Assembly (NCBI GenBank): GCA_027622665.1
Contig: JAQBYT010000006.1
Location: forward strand, 64,001 to 128,000
Direction of reading: 5' to 3'
Origin: Verrucomicrobiota bacterium
Lineage (GTDB): Bacteria; Verrucomicrobiota; Verrucomicrobiia; Opitutales; Seribacteraceae
DNA: 64,000 bases
In this document: positions 1 through 12,317 of the stretch, piece by piece
Numbering within the stretch: the first letter of the stretch is position 1
Layout of the letters: the number at the start of each line of letters is the position of its first letter
Program-made: the position numbers and the translations under genes
Notes under the pieces: generated by a model
What the model saw: only the letters and a program-made list of their open reading frames with translations
Databases searched by the model: none
What the model was told of the DNA's origin: nothing

Positions 1-168
1 GGGGAAACTTGGCGGCAGGAAAGCGTGATCGGCAGCATCTTCGAGGCGACGGGAAAACTGGATGGAGACAAAGTCATCCCGACGATTCGCGGTTCCGCTT
101 ATGTAACCGGCGAGGGAACTCTATTCTTTGATTCCAAAGACCCCTTTCGCATCGGTATCTCGACATGA
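1..168 (+). CDS. Proline racemase / 4-hydroxyproline 2-epimerase family, 3' end only (partial)
   Basis: Frame 1 translated by hand: GETWRQESVIGSIFEAT...VIPTIRGSAYVTGEGTLFFDSKDPFRIGIST*. This matches the family C-terminus (WRQESIIGS, PTIxGxAY, DPFxxG). ATGA overlap with the next gene. Not in the ORF track. Confidence 0.8.
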   Translation, partial: GETWRQESVIGSIFEATGKLDGDKVIPTIRGSAYVTGEGTLFFDSKDPFRIGIST

Positions 169-1418
169 ACGATTCGGCTAAGCCCGTCCTTGTTGTGGGC
201 GGCGGTGTTATTGGCGCTGCATGCGCCCACTACCTTGCGGAGGCCGGCTTGAAGGTCGTTGTCATCGACCGTGAACTTTTCGGGGAGGGCTGTTCCTTGC
301 ACAATTGCGGTTACGTCTGCCCTAGTCACATATTGCCTCTTACCGAACCGGGAGCCGTTGGAGCCACCCTTCGTGGGATGCTCAAACCGAACTCGCCTTT
401 TTCCGTCAAACTTCGGGCGGACCTGCGTTTGGCTCATTGGTTTTTTCGTTTCGCTCTTCGTTGCAACGAGACGGACATGTTGGTCGGAGCCAAAGCTATT
501 CACCCTCTCCTCAAGTCCTCCATGTCCTTGTACCGGGAGCTGATGACCAATGAGGGGTTTGACTGTGATTGGCAGGAGAAAGGGCTGCTCTACGTTTACG
601 AGTCCAAAGAAAAATTCGAGAGCTACAGCAAGGTCAATGAACTCCTGACTCGGAAATTCGAAGAACCCGCAGTTCGCTTGGAAGGTGACGCTCTTTACGA
701 TCTTGAACCTGCTCTAAAACCCGGTCTTGCCGGAGGGTGGCATTACGAGGGCGACGCCCACCTGCGTTCCGACATGCTCATGACTTCATGGAAGGCGTCG
801 TTGCTGAGCAAGGGGGTCGAAATTATGGAGAATTGTTCGCTCAATGGCTTGCGGGACATGGAAGATGCAGGCATCGTGGCGGAAACCGATTCCGGAGAGA
901 TAGAGGCAAGTCACGTCGTGATGGCGACAGGCGCTCTTTCCCCCAAGCTGGCCAAGGTCATTGGTTGGAGAGCTCCTATACAGCCGGGGAAGGGTTACTC
1001 GCTCACCATGCCCCGACCGAAAACTTGTCCGGAGATTCCTCTCGTCTTTCCCGAAACCCGCGTCGCGGTTACACCTTTTTCGTCAGGATATCGGCTCGGC
1101 TCCACCATGGAGTTTAGTGGCTACGACGAAACCCTTAACCCAAAGCGGGTCGATTTGCTACGAAAGGGAGCCGAACGCTTTTTGCTAGAACCTTATTGCG
1201 AGCCAATCGAGACCACTTGGTATGGTTGGCGACCGATGACTTACGACAGCGTCCCCATAATCGGTGCCTGCCCGGGACGCCCCAAGGTAACGATTGCGAC
1301 AGGGCACAATATGCTGGGGCTCAGCATGGCCCCTGCCACGGGTAAATTGGTCGCCGAGTTGGTGACGGGAGAAACTCCGCACCTGACTCCGGAGCCTTAT
1401 TCGCCGGACAGGTTTTAA
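165..1418 (+). CDS. FAD-dependent D-amino acid dehydrogenase/oxidase (DadA family), probably D-hydroxyproline dehydrogenase by context
   Basis: GGGVIG FAD motif, SxxNxG, GKGYS, GWRPMTxD and GHxxLGLSxAPATG motifs. Confidence 0.88.
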   Translation: MNDSAKPVLVVGGGVIGAACAHYLAEAGLKVVVIDRELFGEGCSLHNCGYVCPSHILPLTEPGAVGATLRGMLKPNSPFSVKLRADLRLAHWFFRFALRCNETDMLVGAKAIHPLLKSSMSLYRELMTNEGFDCDWQEKGLLYVYESKEKFESYSKVNELLTRKFEEPAVRLEGDALYDLEPALKPGLAGGWHYEGDAHLRSDMLMTSWKASLLSKGVEIMENCSLNGLRDMEDAGIVAETDSGEIEASHVVMATGALSPKLAKVIGWRAPIQPGKGYSLTMPRPKTCPEIPLVFPETRVAVTPFSSGYRLGSTMEFSGYDETLNPKRVDLLRKGAERFLLEPYCEPIETTWYGWRPMTYDSVPIIGACPGRPKVTIATGHNMLGLSMAPATGKLVAELVTGETPHLTPEPYSPDRF

Positions 1419-2827
1419 GAAGTTAACAGCAGGTAGGCCACCGCAAGAACCAACTGAATGACGGCGTAGGGTAGGGCGATTTTCACGAAGCCCGCAAAAG
1501 ACAATTTCAGTTCGTACTTGTGGATGATCGTGACCGCCACGAGAGTTGAGGCCGAGCCGATCGGCGTAATGTTTCCGCCTAGGTTGGCGCCGAAGATCAC
1601 TGCCCACCAGTAGGGGCTGTCGGGATTTGCCGCTAGTTCGGGAATTCCTGCTAGAATTTTTGCGAGCATGGCTGCAAGGGGAATGTTGTCGGTTACGGAA
1701 CTGGCGACTGCCGAGGCCACCAAAAGCGATGCGGGGCCGGCGGAATCACCAAGCCCGAGGATCGGCTTTAGCCACTCTCCAATCAGGCCCAGCACCTGTG
1801 CGTGTTCCATGACGTTGATGACCGCGAAAAGACAGACGAAGAAAAACAGGAGATCCCAGTCGATTGTCTTGTAGAATCGATCGGCGACTGATTTGTAGCG
1901 AATGAGCATGAGTCCGGCGAAAGCCAGAGCCACGAAACCCAAGCCCAACTCGTTGATAACCGGCAATTGCGAGGTCATCGCCACGGTACCGATGAAGACA
2001 AAGGTCATGAGGGCCCCGAAACGGAAAAATCCCGGAGACTCAATCCCCTCGTTTTCATCGAAGCCTGCCACAAGAGCTTTGGCGGAGGCTCGTTCCTCAT
2101 CGCTTTTGAGTGAGCTGATCTTGAAGAGTTTTGCTCCCATCCAAAGGGTCACGATAGTTGAGACGATGACGTAGGGGGCCGCCTTCATGAAAAAGTCTAC
2201 GAACTCTATGCCTGCTGTTTTGCCGACGATGATGTTGGGCACGGAGGAAATCAGCGTGAGCAACCCCCCGACGTTGGTCAGCAATCCTTCGATCAGCAAG
2301 AAACCGAGCAACTTCTCTGATCGGTTTAGCTTTTTCAGGGAAACACCCGACAGGGAACCGACGATTATCATAGCCGTGACGTTGTTCAACACGGCCGAAA
2401 AAATTACGGTCATCACCCCGTAGAGCACGAGCAAGCGAAGAGGATCGCCGCCCGACAACTTGGTCAGTTTCACCGCCACCCAGGTGAAGAGTCCCGATTT
2501 GCTGGTAATATCTACGAAGAGCGAGGATCCGAGAATGATGGCGATCACTTCCCAATCCACTCCTGGGACGTATATGGGAAGAGAGACTGGATGGCCTCCT
2601 ATGACCAAACTGCCGACGTCTGCAAACGGAAGAAGGTGAAACCAAGTGCCAATAAAGAGAGCCAGAATGCTGAACACTCCGACGATGACCGATTTCTTTG
2701 CGTGAATTTTTTCTTCTAAGGCGAGACATAGGATCATGCCTACGAGCAAAGCTAGAAAAAGGTAGGTCACGCCGGGGTCGACGGCATGCCCGGAGGCAGA
2801 CGCTAGAATCGGAGGGGAAATGCTCAC
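1415..2827 (-). CDS. ArsB/NhaD/SLC13 (ion transporter superfamily) permease
   Basis: Many TM helices; SAVLNNVT, TNVGGLLTLISSVPNII, DNIP and GANLGGNITPIGSAST motifs. Confidence 0.85.
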   Translation of the reverse strand: MSISPPILASASGHAVDPGVTYLFLALLVGMILCLALEEKIHAKKSVIVGVFSILALFIGTWFHLLPFADVGSLVIGGHPVSLPIYVPGVDWEVIAIILGSSLFVDITSKSGLFTWVAVKLTKLSGGDPLRLLVLYGVMTVIFSAVLNNVTAMIIVGSLSGVSLKKLNRSEKLLGFLLIEGLLTNVGGLLTLISSVPNIIVGKTAGIEFVDFFMKAAPYVIVSTIVTLWMGAKLFKISSLKSDEERASAKALVAGFDENEGIESPGFFRFGALMTFVFIGTVAMTSQLPVINELGLGFVALAFAGLMLIRYKSVADRFYKTIDWDLLFFFVCLFAVINVMEHAQVLGLIGEWLKPILGLGDSAGPASLLVASAVASSVTDNIPLAAMLAKILAGIPELAANPDSPYWWAVIFGANLGGNITPIGSASTLVAVTIIHKYELKLSFAGFVKIALPYAVIQLVLAVAYLLLTS

Positions 2828-3684
2828 AGCAACAGAATGGGAACGGATCTAAGCTCGACTGCTAGAGGGTGCGCCATCCCGTGCATCGCCATTTGATCTT
2901 CTTCCTTTGCGTGCATCACGAGTAGGTCGACATGGTCTTCCTCGATTAGGCGCCGGTAGTCCTCGAGTCGTCGGCCTACCTTGGCCGTGCCTTCCACGTC
3001 GATCTCGAGATTGGCTTCAGCCAAACCGGTTCGAGCGGCTTCGGCAAAGTCTTTTGCATCCTTCAGTAGGCGTGTGAGAATGTTTTCCTTCGCGACTTCG
3101 GTGTCGATTTCGGGAATCTTCCCGATGGCTTCGAGATAGCGATTGAGAGTCGATTCATCCTCGATGTGGCTAAGCAGAAGCTTTCCTCCTTTGGGGGTGA
3201 ACGCGGCGGCATACTGAACGAGGCTACCTTCTCCGCAAAGATGGCCTGATACCGCCATTATCTTCTTCGGTGGGTTGGCGAGCAGTTCCACACTGTCGTC
3301 CCGGTCGGGGTGAGGAAGGACGAGTACGGGTGCGGTCATGACCTGAGTCAGGACATCGAGGTATTCGCCGAGACTGTATGGCCATCTCCAAGCCTCGCTG
3401 CGTAGGTTGCGGTAAGTTACAAGCAGTTCCGGTTGGTGTTGTTCCACATTCTCCAAAAGATCTTTCACGCTTTTGTAGTCGTTCTTGTGGAGAACTATCC
3501 AATCCGTATCATTTTCGGGTAGAATCTCGCCGAGGAAGTTTCGGACGGTTTGCAGGTATAGGGCCGCTTGAGAGTTGTCGAGGTCGGTCACCAGAACCAC
3601 CTTCCCCAAGGAGGGTGCCTCGTGGAGGTAGGTCGTTTTGGCTGCGGCTTTGAAGACGCTCTCGAATTGATCAACGGTGCTCAT
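2824..3684 (-). CDS. Tandem universal-stress-protein-like protein
   Basis: Two alpha/beta halves ending in APVLVLP and VDLLVM...SVPILLL, as in tandem USP domains; overlaps the permease start. Confidence 0.55.
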   Translation of the reverse strand: MSTVDQFESVFKAAAKTTYLHEAPSLGKVVLVTDLDNSQAALYLQTVRNFLGEILPENDTDWIVLHKNDYKSVKDLLENVEQHQPELLVTYRNLRSEAWRWPYSLGEYLDVLTQVMTAPVLVLPHPDRDDSVELLANPPKKIMAVSGHLCGEGSLVQYAAAFTPKGGKLLLSHIEDESTLNRYLEAIGKIPEIDTEVAKENILTRLLKDAKDFAEAARTGLAEANLEIDVEGTAKVGRRLEDYRRLIEEDHVDLLVMHAKEEDQMAMHGMAHPLAVELRSVPILLL

Positions 3685-3780
3685 TCAATAGGTAATCTAT
3701 CCCTATCAAATGAGAACCTGAAAAGTTGCAACATTATAAGGCGCTTGCTCTTGGTTCACGGAAGGCTTTTTTGATAGGTG

Positions 3781-5202
3781 ATGTCCAATAGACCAAACAT
3801 TTTATGGATTTGTACGGACCAACAGCGTCTCGACACGATTCGCGCTTTGGGTAATTCCTCCGCACGGACGCCTAACCTCGATCGATTCATTGGCGAGGGC
3901 GTAGCTTTTGAAAATGCCTTTTGCCAAAGCCCCGTTTGCACTCCCAGTCGGGCGTCTTTTCTAACGGGCCGTTATCCTCGAACCACTCGTTGCCGGCAGA
4001 ATGGGCAATCAATACCTTCTGACGAGGTGCTCGTGAGCAAACTTTTCGCCGAGGCCGGTTACCATTGTGGGCTGGCGGGCAAGCTCCATCTGGCTTCCTG
4101 TTCGGACGGCAAGGTGGAAGACCGGACGGACGATGGCTACGAAGATTTTCATTGGTCCCATCATCCTCAGCCGGATTGGCCCGAGAACGCCTACACTCAG
4201 TGGCTTGCCGAGAAGGGCAAGACTTGGGAGGATGTGTATGGGGGCGAAATCTCACCTTATGTGCTTGAAGGACCGCCCGCCGAGTACCACCAGACCACTT
4301 GGTGCGCCGAGAAAACGGTCGAATTTATTCGGGCCAATTCCAAACGACCGTGGTTCTTTAGTTTCAATTGCTTCGATCCTCATCACCCCTTTGATCCTCC
4401 CCCCGAATACTTGGCTCGCTACAATACCGAGGAAATGCCTTTGCCCAAGGTTTCTCCCGACGAACAGGCTCGCCAAACCAGTTTTCAGCAACTCGATCGC
4501 GAGTGGGCTCACAACAGCCCGGGCGAGTTTCACTCCGGGGCCATGAGCGATTCCGATCACCGCCATGTCTACGCCGCCTACATGGCTATGGTGGAGTTGA
4601 TCGACGACCAGTTCGGGTGTATTCTTGAAGCCCTCGAGGAAACCGGGCAGGCGGAAGGCACTCTCGTCGTCTTCATGTCCGACCATGGCGAAATGTTGGG
4701 GGACCACGGAATTTATTTCAAAGGTCCTCACTTCTACGATTGCGCCGTCCGTGTGCCGCTCGTCATTCGTTGGCCTTCCGGTGACGTTCGCCAAAACATT
4801 CGTGCCGAGGGTCTCGTCGAGCTCCTTGATCTTGCCCCCACCTTTCTCGATGCCGCAGGTTTGCCGATCCCGGATCGCATGCAAGGCAGTTCTCTTCTTC
4901 CAGTGCTCCGCGGCGAGACCGATTCTTCTTCCATCCGACCTCACGTCTATTCCGAATATTACAACGCTTGGACCCACAAGAATGCTTACGGCACCATGTT
5001 ACGGACCGAAACGGAAAAAATCATCGTCTACCACGGTACGGAACAAGGAGAACTCTACGATCTCTCCGCCGATCCTGACGAGTTCCATAACCTCTGGGAC
5101 GATGTATCTGAAAAGGATCGCAAGTTGCGTCTGATGAAAGCCTGTTTCGACGCCTCTGTTCTTGCGATGGATCCCGCCCCCCCGAGGCGAGGTCCTTTTT
5201 AG
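3781..5202 (+). CDS. Sulfatase (S1 family, cytoplasmic)
   Basis: RPNILWICTDQQR, CTPSRASFLTG, GKLHL, DPHHPF and SDHGEM motifs; no signal peptide. Confidence 0.93.
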   Translation: MSNRPNILWICTDQQRLDTIRALGNSSARTPNLDRFIGEGVAFENAFCQSPVCTPSRASFLTGRYPRTTRCRQNGQSIPSDEVLVSKLFAEAGYHCGLAGKLHLASCSDGKVEDRTDDGYEDFHWSHHPQPDWPENAYTQWLAEKGKTWEDVYGGEISPYVLEGPPAEYHQTTWCAEKTVEFIRANSKRPWFFSFNCFDPHHPFDPPPEYLARYNTEEMPLPKVSPDEQARQTSFQQLDREWAHNSPGEFHSGAMSDSDHRHVYAAYMAMVELIDDQFGCILEALEETGQAEGTLVVFMSDHGEMLGDHGIYFKGPHFYDCAVRVPLVIRWPSGDVRQNIRAEGLVELLDLAPTFLDAAGLPIPDRMQGSSLLPVLRGETDSSSIRPHVYSEYYNAWTHKNAYGTMLRTETEKIIVYHGTEQGELYDLSADPDEFHNLWDDVSEKDRKLRLMKACFDASVLAMDPAPPRRGPF

Positions 5203-5206
5203 TGCC

Positions 5207-5800
5207 TTAATCTTGGGCTGTGGTCGCCGTCTTGCCTTGAGAGAAGCAACTCCGGCATAGTGATACGTATCTTTCGTTCCCGCCGATCTCCACCTGCTCG
5301 CCGAGGCTTACCTTTTGCCCGCTCTCGTCTATTCGGGCGTTCATTGTCGCCTTTTTACCGCAATGACAGACTGTCTTGATTTCCTTTATATCGTCGGCCC
5401 AAGCAAGCAGGTATTGGCTACCTTCGAATAGTTCTCCTTGGAAATCGGTCCTCAGCCCGTACGCCAGTACCGGTACTTTTAAAATGTCGGCCACGCGACC
5501 CAGTTGACTCACCTGTTCCTTCGCCAGGAACTGGGCTTCGTCGAAAAGGGCGCAGTCCAAGGATTCGAAGGCATGCGACTCCTCGATAATGGCGAACAGG
5601 TCGTCCTCCTCGCTGAAATGTTGAGATTGCGCCTGTATCCCGATGCGGGATGCAATCACCTTGTCGCCGTATCGATCGTCCGCCTTGGCGGTGAAAAGGA
5701 GGGTGCGCATGCCGCGTTCCAAATAATTGTGGTTGGCTTGCAGCAGGGCCGTGGATTTCCCCGCATTCATCGAGGAGTAGTGAAAATAAAGTTTAGCCAT
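5207..5800 (-). CDS. tdk: Thymidine kinase
   Basis: [33 protein letters not shown] and CRSC zinc motifs; start set at ATG 5800. Confidence 0.96.
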   Translation of the reverse strand: MAKLYFHYSSMNAGKSTALLQANHNYLERGMRTLLFTAKADDRYGDKVIASRIGIQAQSQHFSEEDDLFAIIEESHAFESLDCALFDEAQFLAKEQVSQLGRVADILKVPVLAYGLRTDFQGELFEGSQYLLAWADDIKEIKTVCHCGKKATMNARIDESGQKVSLGEQVEIGGNERYVSLCRSCFSQGKTATTAQD

Positions 5801-7148
5801 TTTCGGAAAGTAAGGATTCAGTTCCTTCAAGACAGGCTGGAAGGGAGACTCCGGTCAAGTGAGAACCGCTTAGGATCAAACCCGGATTCGCGTCTTGCAG
5901 GCGTTTGGCGGCGACGAGGCGATCGTCTTTGCCCGAGTCGGGTAGGGGAATGGCCTTGGGCCAGCGAACCAAGTTGCGAAAGGTGGGTTTTCCCCGCACT
6001 TGAAGCAGTCCTTGAAGCTCTTCCAGCACGAGTTCGTACAACTCCTCGTCACTTTTCTCAGTCAGATCCGGTTGGCGTTCCCCACCCACGAATGTGGTGA
6101 GCAGAACATGTCCCTCGGGCGCTCGCTCAGAAAACAAGGTCGAGGAGAAGAGGGTCCCGAGAATTCGCAGGTTTTCTTTTTCAGGAACGAGAAAGCCAAA
6201 CCCGTCCAAGGGGTGTCCGACGTCCTCCCGGGGAAACCCCAACTGTACGACCGCGATGGGGTAGTGGTGTGCGGCAGCCAATGTTTTCAACGAGTCGCTC
6301 TCCGCCAACCCCTCCCACTCGATCGATTTCAGTGCGTGGGCCGGCACAGAGCACACTATGCGATTTGCCCGTTCCTCCTTTCGTTCACCTGCTTCCTCGA
6401 AGGCCACTCTCCAAGTGTCGCCATCTCGTGAGATTTTCCGCACGGGTGCATTCAGTCTTAAGTCGTTTCCCAATTCTTCGGCTAGACGGTTTGGTAGCTC
6501 TGCAAGACCTTTCTTGAAGGAAACTAGTCGCGTCTTCGGCAAGCCCTCCATCTTCCTTCGTTTAGCCGCCTTGATCCCGCCGAGCATGAGTGAGCGGTGC
6601 TTACCCTCTAATTCGTAGATGGCTGGAAACGCATGGCGAAGCACGAGGGTTTCCGGACGCGCGGCATATACTCCTGCGATAAAAGGATTGGCCGCATAGT
6701 CCCTTACTTCTCTACCCAAGCGTCTCATGAAAAAATCGGCGACGCTCTCGTTTTTACGGGCACTGCCCCTTGGCAAGAGCGGTTCCAGCAAGAGCCTAAG
6801 CTTGCCGAGGGTTGAAAATAGAGGACTGGTGAGAAATGAGCTTGCTGAGGTTGGGACTGCCACAGGTTGTCCTCCACGAACGATAAAACGCTTATTCGCC
6901 TCGGGATTCGCCTCGATCGCATCCTCTAACAATCCTATCTGCTCCAGATAATCGGGGGCATGACCCGCTCGCAAAGCCAAGGTGTTTGGACCATGTTCAA
7001 TCAGGTATCCATCCCGCTGTTCCGAGCGAATCACCCCTCCGGGATAGCCTCCCGACTCCAATACGAGCACTCCTCCTCCTTCATCTCTGCAGGTCCGAGC
7101 AGCCACTAACCCACAAAGCCCCGCACCCACTATAATCGTTCGTCCCAT
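5793..7148 (-). CDS. hemG: FAD-dependent protoporphyrinogen/coproporphyrinogen oxidase (HemY-type)
   Basis: [38 protein letters not shown] and WPKAIP motifs. Confidence 0.9.
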   Translation of the reverse strand: MGRTIIVGAGLCGLVAARTCRDEGGGVLVLESGGYPGGVIRSEQRDGYLIEHGPNTLALRAGHAPDYLEQIGLLEDAIEANPEANKRFIVRGGQPVAVPTSASSFLTSPLFSTLGKLRLLLEPLLPRGSARKNESVADFFMRRLGREVRDYAANPFIAGVYAARPETLVLRHAFPAIYELEGKHRSLMLGGIKAAKRRKMEGLPKTRLVSFKKGLAELPNRLAEELGNDLRLNAPVRKISRDGDTWRVAFEEAGERKEERANRIVCSVPAHALKSIEWEGLAESDSLKTLAAAHHYPIAVVQLGFPREDVGHPLDGFGFLVPEKENLRILGTLFSSTLFSERAPEGHVLLTTFVGGERQPDLTEKSDEELYELVLEELQGLLQVRGKPTFRNLVRWPKAIPLPDSGKDDRLVAAKRLQDANPGLILSGSHLTGVSLPACLEGTESLLSENG

Positions 7149-7239
7149 GACGCTAAAAGCAATAGACTCTCTTCAAAAGAGGAAAGATAAAAGGCTTTTT
7201 AGTGAGTTGTTATTCGTTTTCAAACAAGCTAGATAGAAT

Positions 7240-7467
7240 ATGTTAAATATGGAAAATGTTTTGAAAAATCTTCGGATTGTCACCAATCCAACCCAGATTG
7301 CTGTTGGGGAGTTGCCCATGGCGATTCAAGCACTGGACAAGGTTTTGGCCGAGCGGGGAAATGAATTGCCCGGGCGATTGAGGCATTTTCTTGAAAACCG
7401 AAGTTATCAAAAGGCTTTGGTCTTTTTGGAGGGTGGAGAACCCGAGAAGGGGACTTGCGGCAAGTGA
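7240..7467 (+). CDS. Small hypothetical protein (75 aa)
   Basis: Fills the gap divergent from hemG; amphipathic, protein-like (LPGRLRHFLENRSYQKALVFL). Confidence 0.65.
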   Translation: MLNMENVLKNLRIVTNPTQIAVGELPMAIQALDKVLAERGNELPGRLRHFLENRSYQKALVFLEGGEPEKGTCGK

Positions 7468-7533
7468 TTCGACGCTCTGCCGTTTTTTGCGATCGATTTT
7501 GATTTACTTGGTAATCCTCTTTGGAACTTTTGG

Positions 7534-7941
7534 GTGAGTGGCGATAAAGCTAAAGACGGGAAAATCTCGATCGGTACCGGAGGCACTGACTTCGGAAGCA
7601 ATCCTTTCAATAGTTTGAGTTCGGGCGGTTTGCGAAAAGTAGTGATCTCTACAGATACCTCGCCAAAAGTTTCCAAACCCTTGCGGAAATCATCTGGTCA
7701 CCGTTTGGACGTAAGACGGGAAAAGTCGGGTCGAGGCGGTAAAACCGTTACGACGGTGAAGGGGTTTCCGCCCGGTGTTTCTTGGGGTGAGCGCAAGGAG
7801 ATGCTGCGAGACCTCAAAAGACGACTGGGCACCGGCGGAGTGTTTGCCGACGGGCAGTGGGAAATCCAAGGTGACAAACGAGACGAGGTCGTCGTTTGGT
7901 TGGAGGGGAAGGGGTATCAGCCAATTCTGACTGGCGGTTGA
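7534..7941 (+). CDS. yciH: SUI1-family translation initiation factor
   Basis: RREKSGRGGKTVT, LKRRLGTGG and EIQGDKRD motifs. Confidence 0.9.
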   Translation: MSGDKAKDGKISIGTGGTDFGSNPFNSLSSGGLRKVVISTDTSPKVSKPLRKSSGHRLDVRREKSGRGGKTVTTVKGFPPGVSWGERKEMLRDLKRRLGTGGVFADGQWEIQGDKRDEVVVWLEGKGYQPILTGG

Positions 7942-7944
7942 TAT

Positions 7945-8307
7945 TCAGGAAGCGGTTTGCTTCTCGCCTTTGTGTGCCACATCTTCGTGTGCTACATCTT
8001 CGTGTGCCACATCTTCGTGGTGTACGACATCTTCGCCTTCCTCGGTTTTCTCCTGAGAGCCTTCTGCCGACTTGGTCGCCTTGAAATCATGATCCTCGAT
8101 GGGTTCTTGGCTCATGACTTCATGAATGTCTTGTTCCCACTCGGTCTTCGCTTTGCGGAATTCCTTTACGCCTTTGCCCAGAGAACGAAACAACTCCGGT
8201 ACCTTCTTGGCTCCGAAGAGCAGAAGTACGATGAGGAATATGAGGATGATTTCCCCGCCGCCAAAGTTACCAATGAAGGCGAGTGCGGGATCAAATGAGA
8301 CTTTCAT
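7945..8307 (-). CDS. tatA: Twin-arginine translocase subunit TatA/TatE with acidic, His-containing tail
   Basis: GGGEIILIFLIVLLLFGAKKVPELFRSLGKGVKEFRKA. Confidence 0.93.
   Translation of the reverse strand: MKVSFDPALAFIGNFGGGEIILIFLIVLLLFGAKKVPELFRSLGKGVKEFRKAKTEWEQDIHEVMSQEPIEDHDFKATKSAEGSQEKTEEGEDVVHHEDVAHEDVAHEDVAHKGEKQTAS
7972..8034. repeat. 15-bp in-frame tandem repeat (3 copies plus 1 degenerate 18-bp copy) in the tatA 3' end
   Basis: gtgtgc(c/t)acatcttc at 7972, 7987 and 8002, then gtggtgtacgacatcttc; encodes EDVVHH-EDVAH-EDVAH-EDVAH. Confidence 0.95.
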
Positions 8308-8389
8308 AGATTGATTAAACTATTTGGATATTCCTCTTGAAGCAAACTTTTTGTCGGTAGTGAGTTACGGAAAGTTTCTGAGGGTTGAA

Positions 8390-10387
<1,998 letters not shown>

Positions 10388-12317
10388 GGGCGGAATTATT
10401 ATCGGTCTCGGATTGTTGGACAAAGGTTAGTTGTGGCGGCGATCTTCGTTGCGATCGTAGATTAGCAAGCTCAGCTCGAAGTTCGGTGCGTTTATCGATT
10501 TCGTCTGGATTCAGATTGGCGACTCGTTCCTTAATTTCATTTTCTTTTGCTTTGAAGAAACGATTAAAGAGAGCCTGAAGTGAGGTATTGCATGCCTTGT
10601 GAATGTCCACGGGGTCAACGTGAGCGGGTTTCTGAGATAGTATTTCGTAGGCGGTTTTTCGTTCGTCATCGTTCTCTAGTAGCTCATCCAAGGATGCTAG
10701 TCCATTACCATTATTCTCGCGTATTTCAGCTAGTGCCTTGGCGAGTATTGTTCCTGAAGGGTATGTGAGCTTGAGCCATTCCGGTTGGATCGCTTGTGCG
10801 AGAGGAATAGCAACTTCATTATGGTGCAAAACAATTAATAATAGATCATGCTCGGCAGTTGTCAACTTTTGGGAAGCATTTTTGGGATTTTTTTCAGATG
10901 AGGCTCTTTGACGGGAACCATACGAAGACGAGTTTTTTTTGCTTAGAAAGCGGGCAAATTCTTGTCGAGCGGAACCTTCTTCCAGTTTCATCAACCGAAT
11001 GGCTTGAGCCAAGTATTCGTCTCGCGCCACGAGAGAATCCGTTTCGGCCACGATTTCAAAAATATGTTCCAATACTGTGTTCTTTTGGGTGGGCGTAGGT
11101 TCTTTCGTTTCGCCCAAGTACATGGATACGGCAAAGGCGATTCCACTGAGAGACTCGTCTTCGAGGTTTTTCAAACCTGCGAGACCTTCGGCGCGGAGCA
11201 AGTCGTCGGGGTCTCCTCCGGGAGGTAAAAGAAGAAAGCGGATGTCGAGAGCGCTTTTTACGCAGATTGGGAGGATTCGTAGGGCCGCCTTTCGCCCTGC
11301 TTCATCACCGTCGAGAAGGCAGTCAATGCCCGCCGGCCGATATCGTCGGAGGAGATGGGCCTGGCCATCCGTGAAGGCTGTTCCTTGAGGGGCTACGACG
11401 TTTTTCACCCCTTGCTCCCAGCACCGAATGGCGTCGAGTTGACCTTCGACCAGCAAAAAACGTTTATTTTCGTCAATGTGGCGTCTCGCCTTGTCGAGAT
11501 TGAAGAGTAGATTCCCTTTCCTGAAGATCGGAGTTTCGGGAGAGTTTATGTATTTTGCCTCGCGGGCAGGATCATTTTCCGGCGTGACAGATAATTGACG
11601 GGCTGTAAAAGCGACGACGCGCTCTTGGGTGTCCCGAATGGGGATCATAAGCCGACCGCGGAAGCGAGTCAGGAAATCCGGTCGTCCTTTGCGGTCGAAA
11701 AATAGCCCGCTTTTGTCTAAGACTTCCTGAGGGATTCCTTTTTCCGTGAAAAGGCGAAGAAGACCGGATGAGTCAGGGGGAGCGTAACCGATCCCGAACT
11801 CCTTGGCTACTTCATCGGGGAAGTGCCGTTCCTGCGTCCAGTACTTCCGTATGAAGTGCCCTCCCTCGTTGTCGTCCCAAAATTTTTCGCGATACCAAGA
11901 CATGGCCAACTCGTGAATGTCGAAAAGGGCTTTTCGATGAGAAAGCGACTGTACGGAAGGACTTCCGTGTGCAGACTCTTCGTAACGGAGGTTTATGTTG
12001 AAGCGAGTCGCGAGAAACTCGACGGCTTCCTGAAATTCCAAGTTCTCCACTTTTTGAATGAAGCTTATGGCGTCTCCTGCCTCACCACTGCTGAAGCATT
12101 TGTAAAAGCCTTTGTCCGGATGAACGGAGAAAGAAGGTGTCTTTTCTTGGTTAAAAGGGCTGAGTCCTTTCCAGTCTGCACCGGATCGCTTTAGGCTCAC
12201 ATAAGGGGCCACGACGTCGTGCAGATCTATTCGAGCCTTGAGCTCGGCGACGAAATCACGGTGTAGTCTTGGCATCGGGTAAGTCTCAGGACGAGGTCAC
12301 GAAAATCTTTGTACGCT

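Noticed and set aside
4252..4977. 241-aa minus-strand ORF, and similar nested ORFs across the window
   Set aside because: Fully overlaps motif-supported genes on the opposite strand or frame; expected from codon bias
7972..8034. Tandem repeats as a possible CRISPR array
   Set aside because: Units abut with no spacers, are in frame within tatA, and no cas genes are present
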